From: a candidate division FCPU426 bacterium
GTDB lineage: Bacteria; Oederibacteriota; JAAXVQ01; JAUVAV01
Length of the DNA: 64,000 bases
Assembly: GCA_030637655.1 (NCBI GenBank)
Contig: DAOWGI010000007.1
Location: 1-64,000 of the forward strand
Reading direction: 5' to 3'
Shown here: one piece after another, positions 18,286-28,300 of the stretch
Numbering within the stretch: position 1 is the first letter of the stretch
Layout of the letters: each line of letters begins with the position of its first letter
Program-made: the position numbers and the translations under genes
Notes under the pieces: generated by a model
The model's input: only the letters and a program-made list of their open reading frames with translations
Told to the model about the DNA's origin: nothing
Database searches by the model: none

Positions 18286-18912
18286 ATGAAAAAGATTTTC
18301 AGTATTCTCGTTGTTGCATTATTTGTAGGTTGCATGGTCGCAGCCAACAGCCTGGCAGCTGAGGCCAAAACATCTGGTAGTGAGACCAAAAAATCTGCCT
18401 GCGAAGCCAAAACCGTAGAAGCCAAATCAGCAGAAGCAATTAAACCAGCAGAAGCAGTTAAACCAGCAGAAGCAATTAAACCAGCAGAAGCAGTTAAACC
18501 AGCAGAAGCAATTAAACCAGCAGAAGCAGTTAAACCAGCAGAAGCCAAAGCCGTAGCAGCCAAACCAGCTGAAGCACCGGCTGCCATTGATGCTTCTCTC
18601 GAAATCATTGAAATTGCCATTGCTAAAAGTATTGAGAACCGCGAACCCCAGGAAGTGGCGGACACATTTGCTTCTGATGTAGAACGTGTTTACTGCTACA
18701 CTAAAATCAACGGCGGCAAAGAAGGCGATTCCATTACCCATCGTTGGAAAAAAGGAGATCAGGTCATGGCAGAAATTTCACTCAAAGTGAATGCTTCCCC
18801 CTGGCGCACCTACAGTTCCAAAGCCATCATGAAAGAATGGACCGGAGCCTGGACCGTCGAAATTCTCCAAGGTGATACGGTTTTGAAAGCCAAAACGTTT
18901 ACTATCGAATAA
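18286..18912 (+). CDS. Secreted DUF2914-domain protein with AEA[IV]KP tandem repeats
   Basis: Signal peptide; ENREP, ITHRW, WRTYSSK and WTGAWTVE. Confidence 0.8.
   Translation: MKKIFSILVVALFVGCMVAANSLAAEAKTSGSETKKSACEAKTVEAKSAEAIKPAEAVKPAEAIKPAEAVKPAEAIKPAEAVKPAEAKAVAAKPAEAPAAIDASLEIIEIAIAKSIENREPQEVADTFASDVERVYCYTKINGGKEGDSITHRWKKGDQVMAEISLKVNASPWRTYSSKAIMKEWTGAWTVEILQGDTVLKAKTFTIE
18428..18545 (+). repeat. 18-bp coding tandem repeat x6.5 (36-bp higher-order unit x3)
   Basis: CAGCAGAAGCA[A/G]TTAAAC with strictly alternating A/G. Confidence 0.95.
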
Positions 18913-18924
18913 TATTCCGAAACT

Positions 18925-18953
18925 GTAGAGACGCCCAACTTGGGCGTCTCTAC
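18925..18953. repeat. Double-footed GTAG palindrome
   Basis: GTAGAGACGCCCAACTTGGGCGTCTCTAC. Similar forms occur at 21525-52, 41506-33, 44820-47, 54506-34 and 56848-75. Confidence 0.85.
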
Positions 18954-18989
18954 AAATCCTTGTTCATATTTTTGTTCCTACGGTTATTC

Positions 18990-19018
18990 TTGACAAACCT
19001 TCTATTTACCTCTACATT
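18990..19018 (+). promoter_or_regulatory. Putative sigma70 promoter of thyA-folA
   Basis: TTGACA, 17 bp, TACATT. Confidence 0.5.
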
Positions 19019-19044
19019 TTATTTTACTCTCTTGCATAAGGAGC

Positions 19045-19902
19045 ATGGTTGTGAAACAGTATTTGGAATTAGTTCGAAAAGTACTATCCGAGGGAAAGCT
19101 CAAACTGAACCGCACCGGCGTCTCAGCTCTTTCGCTTGCCGGAGCTATGTTACAACACGATCTGCAAGACGGATTCCCTTTGCTTACTACCAAGAAAATG
19201 GCATTTAAAGCGGTTCGCGTAGAACTGGAATTTTTCATCAAAGGACTTACCGATAAAAACTGGCTCAAAGAGCGCGGCTGCCATATTTGGGACGAATGGT
19301 GCTCACCGGACCGAATTCCGGCCGCTGTGTCTGACGAGGAACGCAAAAAAATTCAGATGGAAGAGAATGATTTAGGTCCTATCTACGGATTTCAATGGCG
19401 GAATTTCGGCAAATCCGATGAAATTCCAAGAGGTGTTGATCAGTTAAAAAGGGTGGTGGAAACCCTAAAAACTAATCCCTCGGACCGGCGCATGCTGGTC
19501 TCAGCCTGGAATCCTTTGGCTCTGCCGCATCAAGCTTTGCCTCCCTGCCATGTCTTGTTTCACCTGGTCGTGATTGAGAACCGTTTGAATCTCAGCTGGT
19601 TTCAAAGAAGCTGTGATCTCATGTTGGGTATTCCCTTTAATCTAGCCTCCTATTCCATACTATTGCACCTCCTGGCCAAAGAATCCGGTCTGGTGGAAGG
19701 TGTTGTGACCGGCATGCTCAGTGATGTGCATATTTATGATAATCATATTGAAGGTGCTAAAGAACAATTGCACCGCGAACCTATGCCTTTGCCTCAAATT
19801 AGGACCAAAGATTTTACTTCTATCTTTGACTGGGAGTACGATCAGACCACCCTGCAGAATTATGCTTCGCATCCTAAAATCGAATTCCCGATTGCGGTAT
19901 AG
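19045..19902 (+). CDS. thyA: Thymidylate synthase
   Basis: GFPLLTTKK, LGPIYGFQWR, ALPPCH, QRSCD and HIYDNH. Confidence 0.97.
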   Translation: MVVKQYLELVRKVLSEGKLKLNRTGVSALSLAGAMLQHDLQDGFPLLTTKKMAFKAVRVELEFFIKGLTDKNWLKERGCHIWDEWCSPDRIPAAVSDEERKKIQMEENDLGPIYGFQWRNFGKSDEIPRGVDQLKRVVETLKTNPSDRRMLVSAWNPLALPHQALPPCHVLFHLVVIENRLNLSWFQRSCDLMLGIPFNLASYSILLHLLAKESGLVEGVVTGMLSDVHIYDNHIEGAKEQLHREPMPLPQIRTKDFTSIFDWEYDQTTLQNYASHPKIEFPIAV

Positions 19903-19904
19903 CC

Positions 19905-20411
19905 ATGGCCTTTAAGATCATTGTTGCAATTGATAAAAACAGAGGCCTTGGGATGGATAACCAATTGCCTTGGCGCTTGAAAGCGGATATGCTGTGGTTT
20001 AAGCAGGCCACCATCGCGCAGAATCCCAAGCAAGAAAATGTGATTATTATGGGCCGAAAAACCTGGGACTCTATTCCGGAAAAATTCAGACCTCTCGCAC
20101 GGCGTAAAAATATTGTGATTACCCGTTCCCCGGAAAAATGCCAGGCGCCCTATACAGCTCAGAGTTTTGAGCAAGCCCTAAAATTAGCGTATTCCCTGGG
20201 CAACGAGGTCTTTGTGGCCGGCGGCGGCAGTATCTACGAACTGGCATTTAAGCATCCGGATTGTAAAAAATTATTAATTACTGAGATTGACCGGAATTTT
20301 CAGTGCGATAGTTTTTTCCCGGACTATAGCCTTTGGAAGAAATATAAAACCATAGCCAGTGGCAACGAAGACGGTTTAGCGTATTCCATTTCTATTTACC
20401 AGCCTGAATGA
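19905..20411 (+). CDS. folA: Dihydrofolate reductase
   Basis: LPWRLKAD, IMGRKTWDSIP..FRPL, GGGSIY and CDSFFP. Confidence 0.95.
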   Translation: MAFKIIVAIDKNRGLGMDNQLPWRLKADMLWFKQATIAQNPKQENVIIMGRKTWDSIPEKFRPLARRKNIVITRSPEKCQAPYTAQSFEQALKLAYSLGNEVFVAGGGSIYELAFKHPDCKKLLITEIDRNFQCDSFFPDYSLWKKYKTIASGNEDGLAYSISIYQPE

Positions 20412-20448
20412 TTTTCAGACCTGCTAATTTTCCTCTCTTGCTTTTTGT

Positions 20449-21393
20449 TCAACCAATAGCTGTGGTATGTGTCTTGGCCCCGCAGTGTTCTTCCAGCCAC
20501 TGCACCAATTTATTTGAATTCAAACCAACATCTCCGATTCGCGGCGGACCATTCACTTCCTCATGCCGGGAAAGTTTTTGCAACAACATTTCAGGATAGC
20601 CGCCCATGCGCAAAATACTCCGGCCTATGTGATACAAACTAATTGGCTCAGCGCCTCCGCAATGAAACAGCCCTTGTGGTTCGGCAACCAAAAGACGCTG
20701 GACAATTTCCGCGATCTCATCGCAGGCAATACAACTTCGCAGTTCATCATAAAAGAGAGTCATCAGTAGTCCGCGTTTGAAGCGGCTCTCAATAAAATCA
20801 ACAGGTCCTTTTTCTCCGGTAATGGAATCCCCGATGGGCAAACCCAGACGAACAATACACTGACGTGCGTTTTTTTGAATTTCCTGCTCAGCTGCCAAAA
20901 ATGTTCGGCCTGCCACACTCACCGGATCCGGAGTATGAAGCTCTGAATACCCATCAGCAGGAGGCGTATTACCGGAAAATACCAGATCTGTGCTCAGAAA
21001 GAGAATATAGGCCTCTTTCCCGAATACCTCAGTTATAGCCTTAGCGCCCAGCTGATTAATCTCTTGCGCCCATTCCGGCCGCTCCTCGCACACATCCAGA
21101 TCACATACCCCGGCACCGTGGATGACATGGGTTGGTTGAAACGTATCCCGTATTTGTCGTAATCCGCGAGTCTCAGTTATGCATAAGGAAACCACATTAT
21201 CCCCAGCCGGGACCTGCATTTTCGGCGGCCGTACGGCAAAAAGCTGTTGCGGAATTAATATTTGACGGAATTTCTGAAATACCGGCCAACCATGGATTGA
21301 GGTTACTCCGGTAATCAAAATTCGCCAGTGTTTTGGTACTTTGGGGGATAAATAATTGCCGATATTTTTATAAAATAAATTATTAAAGCGCAT
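20449..21393 (-). CDS. RmlD-like extended SDR (sugar-nucleotide binding), atypical active site
   Basis: ILITGVTSIHG, VIHGAG, CEERPEWAQEIN and LSTDLVFSG. Confidence 0.75.
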   Translation of the reverse strand: MRFNNLFYKNIGNYLSPKVPKHWRILITGVTSIHGWPVFQKFRQILIPQQLFAVRPPKMQVPAGDNVVSLCITETRGLRQIRDTFQPTHVIHGAGVCDLDVCEERPEWAQEINQLGAKAITEVFGKEAYILFLSTDLVFSGNTPPADGYSELHTPDPVSVAGRTFLAAEQEIQKNARQCIVRLGLPIGDSITGEKGPVDFIESRFKRGLLMTLFYDELRSCIACDEIAEIVQRLLVAEPQGLFHCGGAEPISLYHIGRSILRMGGYPEMLLQKLSRHEEVNGPPRIGDVGLNSNKLVQWLEEHCGAKTHTTAIG

Positions 21394-21638
21394 AAATCAA
21401 TCCCGTTAATAAATTTCCGTTCATTAATAATAGCTGAAAATTGTGAAATAATCAATTCAAGATAAAATAGGTGTCGCAGCAACGTGATAATGTCCTATTA
21501 CAGCAAAATAAAACGGAAGTACTTGTAGGGGCGTTTAATTAAACGCCCCTACTGAGTCGCTGCGTGCCTCGGAATGACTGGGCTTGAAACTTTTTCAGCA
21601 ATCCCTTATTGCTTCGGTTTTTTCTCGTCCGCACAGCA

Positions 21639-22478
21639 CTAATCGCCGGAGAAGCCATTTTTCATATTATCTTCACAAACAGCGATCATCTCTGCAATCG
21701 ACCCGCCGGCTTCACCCTTGGTTTTCACCACTTGAAAGTCTTCCAACGCGCGACTGTATTCCCCACGTTTCATGCGTAGTACCCCTCGGTTGTAAAACGC
21801 CGGGATGTACCCTGGATCAATCTGCAGGGTTTTGATTAAATCGCTAATAGCTTTGTCTTTTTCATCCAAGGCAATAAAGCAGGTGGCCCGATTGCAGTAC
21901 GCTGAAACATTGAAAGGATCACATTCAATGGCTTTGGTAAAATCTTCTGCGGCCAGACAATAATTTTTTTTTCGCATGTAGACCAGGGCCCGGTTGTAAT
22001 ACACCCGCGGATGGTTGGCATCCAATGCTATTAATTTCTCATATAAATGGAGGGCTTTTTCATGTTGCGCCATTTCATTGTAACAATTGCCCAAACTGTT
22101 GTAGGCGGCTGTAAAACCAGGGTCTAATTTCAGGACTTTTTCCAGATCCACCACTGCTTTGCGAAAATCTTTAATACTCTCATACGCGATTCCGCGATGG
22201 TAATAGGCTAACATTAATCCAGGAGACATCTTCAGCTGCCGGGAAAAATCAGCAATAGCCGCTTCTTCTTTGCCGTTCATAAATAGCGCGATGCCACGAT
22301 TCAAATGAGCAGTGGGATGGTCCAAATTAAGTTCCAAGGCTTTGCCAAAGAGCACTATTGCTTCTTTGAGTTTGCCTTTTTCAAAGTGCTTGATCCCCTG
22401 GGTGGCATAGAAATCCGTATCATTTTTCCCCTGTAAACCCAAATACTTTAAAAATTGGTCCAGCGTCAACTGCTTCAC
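21639..22478 (-). CDS. TPR-repeat protein
   Basis: Repeated AYxNRG/AIxDF 34-aa units; GGAG RBS. Confidence 0.88.
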   Translation of the reverse strand: MKQLTLDQFLKYLGLQGKNDTDFYATQGIKHFEKGKLKEAIVLFGKALELNLDHPTAHLNRGIALFMNGKEEAAIADFSRQLKMSPGLMLAYYHRGIAYESIKDFRKAVVDLEKVLKLDPGFTAAYNSLGNCYNEMAQHEKALHLYEKLIALDANHPRVYYNRALVYMRKKNYCLAAEDFTKAIECDPFNVSAYCNRATCFIALDEKDKAISDLIKTLQIDPGYIPAFYNRGVLRMKRGEYSRALEDFQVVKTKGEAGGSIAEMIAVCEDNMKNGFSGD

Positions 22479-22600
22479 CTCCGCTTGTGTGATCTTTTTC
22501 CCAACTTCTGCATAGCAATTTCTTCTGCGGTATATCCTGCGTAATTTAAAAAACCTTTACGCAAAATTTTACTTATCGTCTCTTTGCTTTTATCCCTCAT
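22475..22600 (-). CDS. Unannotated 41-aa ORF coupled to the TPR gene
   Basis: GGAG RBS; MRDKSKETISKILRKGFLNYAGYTAEEIAMQKLGKRSHKRR; its stop overlaps the TPR start (GTGA). Confidence 0.45.
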   Translation of the reverse strand: MRDKSKETISKILRKGFLNYAGYTAEEIAMQKLGKRSHKRR

Positions 22601-22971
22601 AAAACTCCAACAGCTCTCAATTAGGCTTTTCCACTGTTCAAAATAAATAGAGTATGAATCAAAATTATTACAGCTTTTTTATTCCAGCTCACAACAGTAA
22701 AAAAAACTATGCTATCACTGTTGTGAAATATGTGAATTTCAATGTGCTTAAATGCATATGTATTTGTGCAAATCCAGCTTATTTTTATTAATATCTAAAA
22801 TACTATTAAAAATCAAGCATAAAATTAAAAAAATGGAATTAACATTTCAGACATATAATATTACTTATCAATTTATTAGTATTTAATTGAAAACACATTG
22901 TTGGAAAGAAGCAAGAAGTGATAAAAAACCATTTAAATTAAAGAATTTTAGAGAATTCTGCCAAAACCAAA

Positions 22972-23478
22972 TTATATAAATTCAACAATTTTTTGTGCAA
23001 ATTCCTCGGCAGCTTCAGGTCCTGAGCCTGTAATAATTTGCTCATCCTTTTGCACTAATGCCGCAGTATACGTGGCTCCAGCTTTTTCCAGGACTTCTTT
23101 TCCACTCGGAAATACTGTTGCCTGTTTCCCTTGTAAGAGTCCGGCATGTGCCAGGATAACCGGAGCAATGCAAATGGCAGTTACTAATTTTTTTTGTTGG
23201 AAAAAATCATTGGCTATAGTGTGGGCAGCTTCCAGTTTAAAGTACTCATGAGTTCCCGGTCCGCCCACAAACACAATAGCATCAAAATCACTTGCTTTGA
23301 TATCCTCCAGCAAACAATCAACTGGTGTTGTTTTTCCAAATTTGCTGGTGGCCGGAGTTGTATGAGAAGAAACAGTTGTCACCTGAATATTACTTTTTTC
23401 AAAAATATCTTTAGGCGCCCAATACTCCTCATCCCGAAATCCATTATGCGCAATGATAATAGCAATTCTTTTATTCAT
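22972..23478 (-). CDS. DJ-1/PfpI family protein
   Basis: FRDEE, DAIVFVGG.G and AICIAP. Start re-placed at MNKR (GGGAGG RBS). Confidence 0.92.
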   Translation of the reverse strand: MNKRIAIIIAHNGFRDEEYWAPKDIFEKSNIQVTTVSSHTTPATSKFGKTTPVDCLLEDIKASDFDAIVFVGGPGTHEYFKLEAAHTIANDFFQQKKLVTAICIAPVILAHAGLLQGKQATVFPSGKEVLEKAGATYTAALVQKDEQIITGSGPEAAEEFAQKIVEFI

Positions 23479-23692
23479 CTCATCCTCCCTAAAAACATTG
23501 TATCGATATGTATTGCTGGATGATTTATTTGATATTGTTTCAGGATCAACAGACATATCTTCAAACAAATTAAGCACCCCGAAATGAATTCCGGGGTGAT
23601 CTCCAGATTATAAAAATAAATAATATATATTTGAATACGAAAATTTGTTTGCTTCTTCTCATTACGCTACAGCACCTTAAATAATTTTATCT

Positions 23693-24964
23693 TCATCCTT
23701 TCACTCTTTTAATCCTAGCGCCCAGCTGTGCCAATTTTTTTTCCAAATGCTCGTATCCCCGGTCTAAATGATAAATACGGGTAACCGTAGTTTCACCTTC
23801 CGCCACCAGACCGGCCAAGATCAAAGCAGCAGAAGCCCGCAAATCCGAGGCCATCACCTGCGCGCCGGACATGGGATTTCCGCCGCGTACCAAAGCATTG
23901 GGTCCCTCAATCCGGATGTCCGCTCCCATGCGATTTAATTCTGCGACATGCATAAAACGATTTTCCCACACGGTCTCGGTGACCACCGAACGGCCCTGGG
24001 CCAAGCACATTAAGGCCATCCATTGCGCTTGTAAATCCGTGGGAAACCCGGGGTAAGGCAGAGTCACTACATCCACTGGTTTAATTTGCTCAGTTGGACT
24101 CTGAATCCGCACCTGCTCCTCGCCTTCGGAAATCACTGCCACCCCAACCTCATGTAGTTTTCTTTCCAGCGCGGTTAAGTGAGCCAAAGGGAATCCGGTC
24201 ATTTTGATCTCTCCCCGAGTCATGGCCGAGGCCAGAGCTAAGGTCCCAGCCTCAATCCGGTCGGGAATAACCGAAAATTTCACTGCTTTCATTTGCTGAA
24301 CACCCTCAATCTTGATGGTGCTGGATCCTGCTCCCTTGATTTTTGCACCCATGGCTGTCAGGCAATCTGCCAGGTTGACAATCTCAGGTTCACAGGCAGC
24401 ATGAGCAATAATGGTCTTACCCTGGGCCAGCACAGCAGCCAGTAAAATATTCACCGTAGCGCCAACACTGGCCACATCCAGATAAATTTCATTTCCTGTC
24501 AAACCATTGGGAGCTTCAGCGCGAATATAACCATGCTCCAAATATACTTTGGCACCCAAGGCTTCCAAACCTTTAAGGTGTTGATCAATCGGCCGCAAAC
24601 CAATGGCACAGCCGCCGGGTAAAGCAACTTGCGCCTGCCCAAAGCGTACCAACAACGGCACCAGTACGTAAATCGAGGCACGCATGGTCTTTACCAACTC
24701 ATAGGGCGCCGGACGGCCGGTAAATCCTGAAGGATCCAAAGTAAATACATTATCCTTCACTTGTGCTTTGGTCCCAAGAATTTCCAGCATCTCGCACATA
24801 GTTTTACTGTCTTTGACTTCCGGCACATTCTTGATGGTACTCGTACCTTCCGCCAATAAACAGGCCGCCATAATAGACAGTGCGGCGTTTTTCGATCCAC
24901 TGATGTGTACTTGACCCTGCAGCGGAATTCCACCCTGAATTACTATTTTTTCCATAACACTCAT
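23693..24964 (-). CDS. murA: UDP-GlcNAc 1-carboxyvinyltransferase
   Basis: SGSKNAAL, MRAS, LPGGCAIGLRP, GFPTDLQ and DRGYE. Confidence 0.97.
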   Translation of the reverse strand: MSVMEKIVIQGGIPLQGQVHISGSKNAALSIMAACLLAEGTSTIKNVPEVKDSKTMCEMLEILGTKAQVKDNVFTLDPSGFTGRPAPYELVKTMRASIYVLVPLLVRFGQAQVALPGGCAIGLRPIDQHLKGLEALGAKVYLEHGYIRAEAPNGLTGNEIYLDVASVGATVNILLAAVLAQGKTIIAHAACEPEIVNLADCLTAMGAKIKGAGSSTIKIEGVQQMKAVKFSVIPDRIEAGTLALASAMTRGEIKMTGFPLAHLTALERKLHEVGVAVISEGEEQVRIQSPTEQIKPVDVVTLPYPGFPTDLQAQWMALMCLAQGRSVVTETVWENRFMHVAELNRMGADIRIEGPNALVRGGNPMSGAQVMASDLRASAALILAGLVAEGETTVTRIYHLDRGYEHLEKKLAQLGARIKRVKG

Positions 24965-24975
24965 TCCTCATGTTC

Positions 24976-25353
24976 GTAAGGAACGGCCGCAACCGAAGGG
25001 AATCCCTTTTGTAGGGAACAGTCGCGACTGTTCCCTACAATTAATTCCGGTTGGGGAACCATTCCCTACATCCATTAAATATGTATGCAGTATATCACGC
25101 AAATATATATGAAAACAAAGGATAATTAAAAAATGTAATTGGATTGCGACACAGGAGGCGGTCGCAACCGAAGGGAATCCCTTGCGCAGGGAATGGTCGC
25201 AACCGAAGGGAATCCCTTTCGCAGGGAATGGTCGCAACCGAAGGGAATCCCTTTCGCAGGGAATGGTCGCAACCGAAGGAAATCCCTTTTGTAGGGAATG
25301 GTCGCAACCGAAGGGAATCCCTTTTGTAGGGAATGGTCGCGACCATTCCCTAC
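24976..25353 (+). repeat. REP-derived 35-bp tandem array (1 + 5 units) capped by perfect 28-bp palindromes
   Basis: Unit G[T/C]AGGGAATGGTCGC-AACCGAAGGGAATCCCTTT[T/C] at 24976 and 25151-25325. Caps at 25011-38 and 25326-53. Confidence 0.92.
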
Positions 25354-25378
25354 ATTTATTCCGATTAATTGCCGGGAA

Positions 25379-28300
25379 TTATTCCCCGAAAAGACCGTTC
25401 AATATGCCGGGCGCGAGACGCATGTTGTCAATACGTTTGTCTCCGAACATGTCTTTTTCTGCGCCGAATACAAAGGCCTGCTCAGCCAGGGAGCCGTCGT
25501 CTTTGGCCATCTGCTCATATTTCTCAGCTTCTTTACCTTGCGCTGAAATAAGCCGGCCGGAGCCGTCATATTTCAGATAGGTCTTGCCACCGTCTTTATC
25601 TTTAACCTCAGCAGTCACAGCCAATACATTGCCCACACTGTCCGTCATGTAGCTGTATTCCGAAGAACTACCGTCCGCGCCGCGCTTGCTAATCAGTCGG
25701 CCGTTTTTGCAGGAACGTTCCTCGAGTTTCGCGCCATTGGGCCCTAAAATCTGAACAGTGTAAGTATTTGTGCTCTGCCCCTCGTATTTATAGACGCTCT
25801 TTTGGTTACCCTGATCCAGCGCTGTCAAACGTCCCAGACCATCATACTCAAAGACTGTGGAACCATTGACACTGCGCTCCACCATGGTTACCTTGGCCAC
25901 CTGCCGGCCTTCTTCCACATAGGAATACGTGCGGGACATATTGCCCAGGTTCTGGGATAAGAGTTGACCATCCTCATTGTAGTAATTTGTTTCTTTATGG
26001 CCTTTATAATCTACCATGATTTCGGTAAAGCCCTTAGCCTCATATTGATATTTATGCGTGCTGCCATTGGCATCCACCACTTCAATCACATGACCTTTTT
26101 CATCTTTTTTGACGGATTGGGCGTTTTCCAGGTCACGTGCAATCTTGGCTGCCAGTTTCACCTCATTGGAAATAATCGTACCGCCGGCAATAGCAGTCTT
26201 GAGTTCCTCAACAATGGAGGAATAATTTGTCGCCACAGTAATGAGTTTGCCAAGCAAGGAGTTTTGATAAGCTTCGCCAAACAAACTATTATAGGCAGCT
26301 GCCAGGCCATTCATCAGATTCGCGGCTGCGGAATTCTGCCAGGCAGCCAAAATGGCCTGTGAGCTCATCTTGGACGCGACCAATTGCAGGAAGGCCAACA
26401 TGTCATCGGAATTTTTAATGTTGTTAAACGCCGTGACAACTTCATCTTCTTCAGTGACTCCCTCTTCTTCAGCAGCCGGTTTCGCAATTGTTTTACTTTC
26501 TGCCACGCCGGCAGCCTGCACACCGGCGCCGGTTGGCGCATCCGGCATTTCATCCGGCACGTCAATATCTCCCATATCCGGATCACCAACATCAGACGTA
26601 CCACCGGAACCGCTATCGAATCTATAGGAACCACCATTGGATAGAAAATCTCCCAAGCTCACACCGCCGCCCATATTCCTGGCGGAAGTTCGATAAGTAC
26701 GCAGATTCGAGGCAGACCGGGTAAAATCACCGCTCTGCCCAATAGGACCGGCAGTTAATTTGCCGGTATCTAATTCCAGGGTGTCACTATAGGAAGCCTC
26801 CAAAGTAACACTGGTTGGCCACCATTGCCAGCCATCGCTCTCTTTGTACCAGGTTTCCTTCTCAATGGTCCATTTAGTACTATAGACCGGAACCTGACGT
26901 GTGCATTTCGTGTAGAGCGGATTACCTTCAGCATCATATTTTTGTGAAGAATACGTGGTTCTCTTATATTCGTTCGCTTCGGTGTCCGGATCATCAGGAA
27001 TAATTTTCACATAGTAGGTTTCGGTCTTGGTGCCGATCTGTACCCGACATGATCCGGTTACCCGTTTTTTCACACCAATCGTCCCGTTGTAGAAGACATC
27101 ATTGTATTTGCTCATATTGAGATAATCACCGGTTGAAGGTTCGCTTTTCCGGATCATAGTGTAGGAACTGGTTGAATACGTTGGTCTGAAACGATACTTC
27201 TTGGTAAATTGCTTTTCAAAATACTTCATATCGCTGAAGCGCGAGGTAGACCTGCCCTCTTCGTCGATGGTAACCTCAACATCTGCGACACCGATTACAT
27301 CGGAGGACCCGAAATCAACCGTTTTGCATTCTCCCAGTGTCCGGCACTTATCATTCCCCCAACTGAAGGTTTCTCTCTCTGTCTGGTACTTCAGGATCAA
27401 TTTCCGGATGAACGTATACGCGGCCTGGGTATCCAGCTGCACAGTATTGTCCGCGGAGGATGAATTTAAATCCGCGTTAGTGGCCCGCAAGGTCGCGCTC
27501 TCAAAATAGAATCCCTTTCTCTGATACTGCATAGTACCGCTCCAATTCGTGCCATTGGCATCAGTGAAGCTCTCATTGGCGGATGTCCAGATTCCTTTTT
27601 GGGCGGAAGCCGCTGTATAGGAATGGACAACGCCTTGAGTATCAGTCCAGGTATTAACATTCCAATTTTTATCCATAACCACGCTTCCACCGGCTGTCAC
27701 CTCACCGGTAATCCGGGCAACCGCTCCGCCGCTGTAAGTATAGGCAAAGGTACCCAGAAGGCCCTGGGTGCTCAGCATCCGGTTCTCAGCCGGATCCCAG
27801 GTGGTAACTCCTTTATCATCCGAGGACATGGCAATCTCGCCAATACCCGTATGGCTGTATCTTACAGTAACGTTGTCTTCGCGAAAACCGATTGAAGTGG
27901 TTATATATTGCCCGTCATTTTCAAAATAAATGGTTTGATCCCAGCCATTGGTATTATTTAATACCTGCTTCTCCAAAATACCACGCATTGAATAGCTCTC
28001 TGTTCCTGAACCGTCATATTGACCCATTAAATTGGTGTAGGTAATATTGGCTTCTCGGTGGTACCCGAAAATCGGCACGTCAGTATAAGTCCAGGTTATG
28101 GTGCTGCCATCATTATTTACGCGTGAACGGCTGATAATATTGGCATTGCCATAGCCGCTTCCTGTCATGACCCAGTGTTCGGTTCCTTTATCATCTGTCA
28201 CATTCGCGGAAACCGGCCCGTCAGCGGACATAGTGTAGTGAATGGTTAAAAATTTGACGTACTGGCCATAATGAAGTTCCACCTCTTCCCAACGCGGAAA

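Noticed and set aside
25151-25353. CRISPR array
   Set aside because: The intervening 20-mers are near-identical rather than unique spacers, no cas genes are present, and the unit derives from a REP.
24968-25580. Short repetitive ORFs over the 35-bp array
   Set aside because: Products of the tandem repeat; the 35-bp unit cycles through frames.
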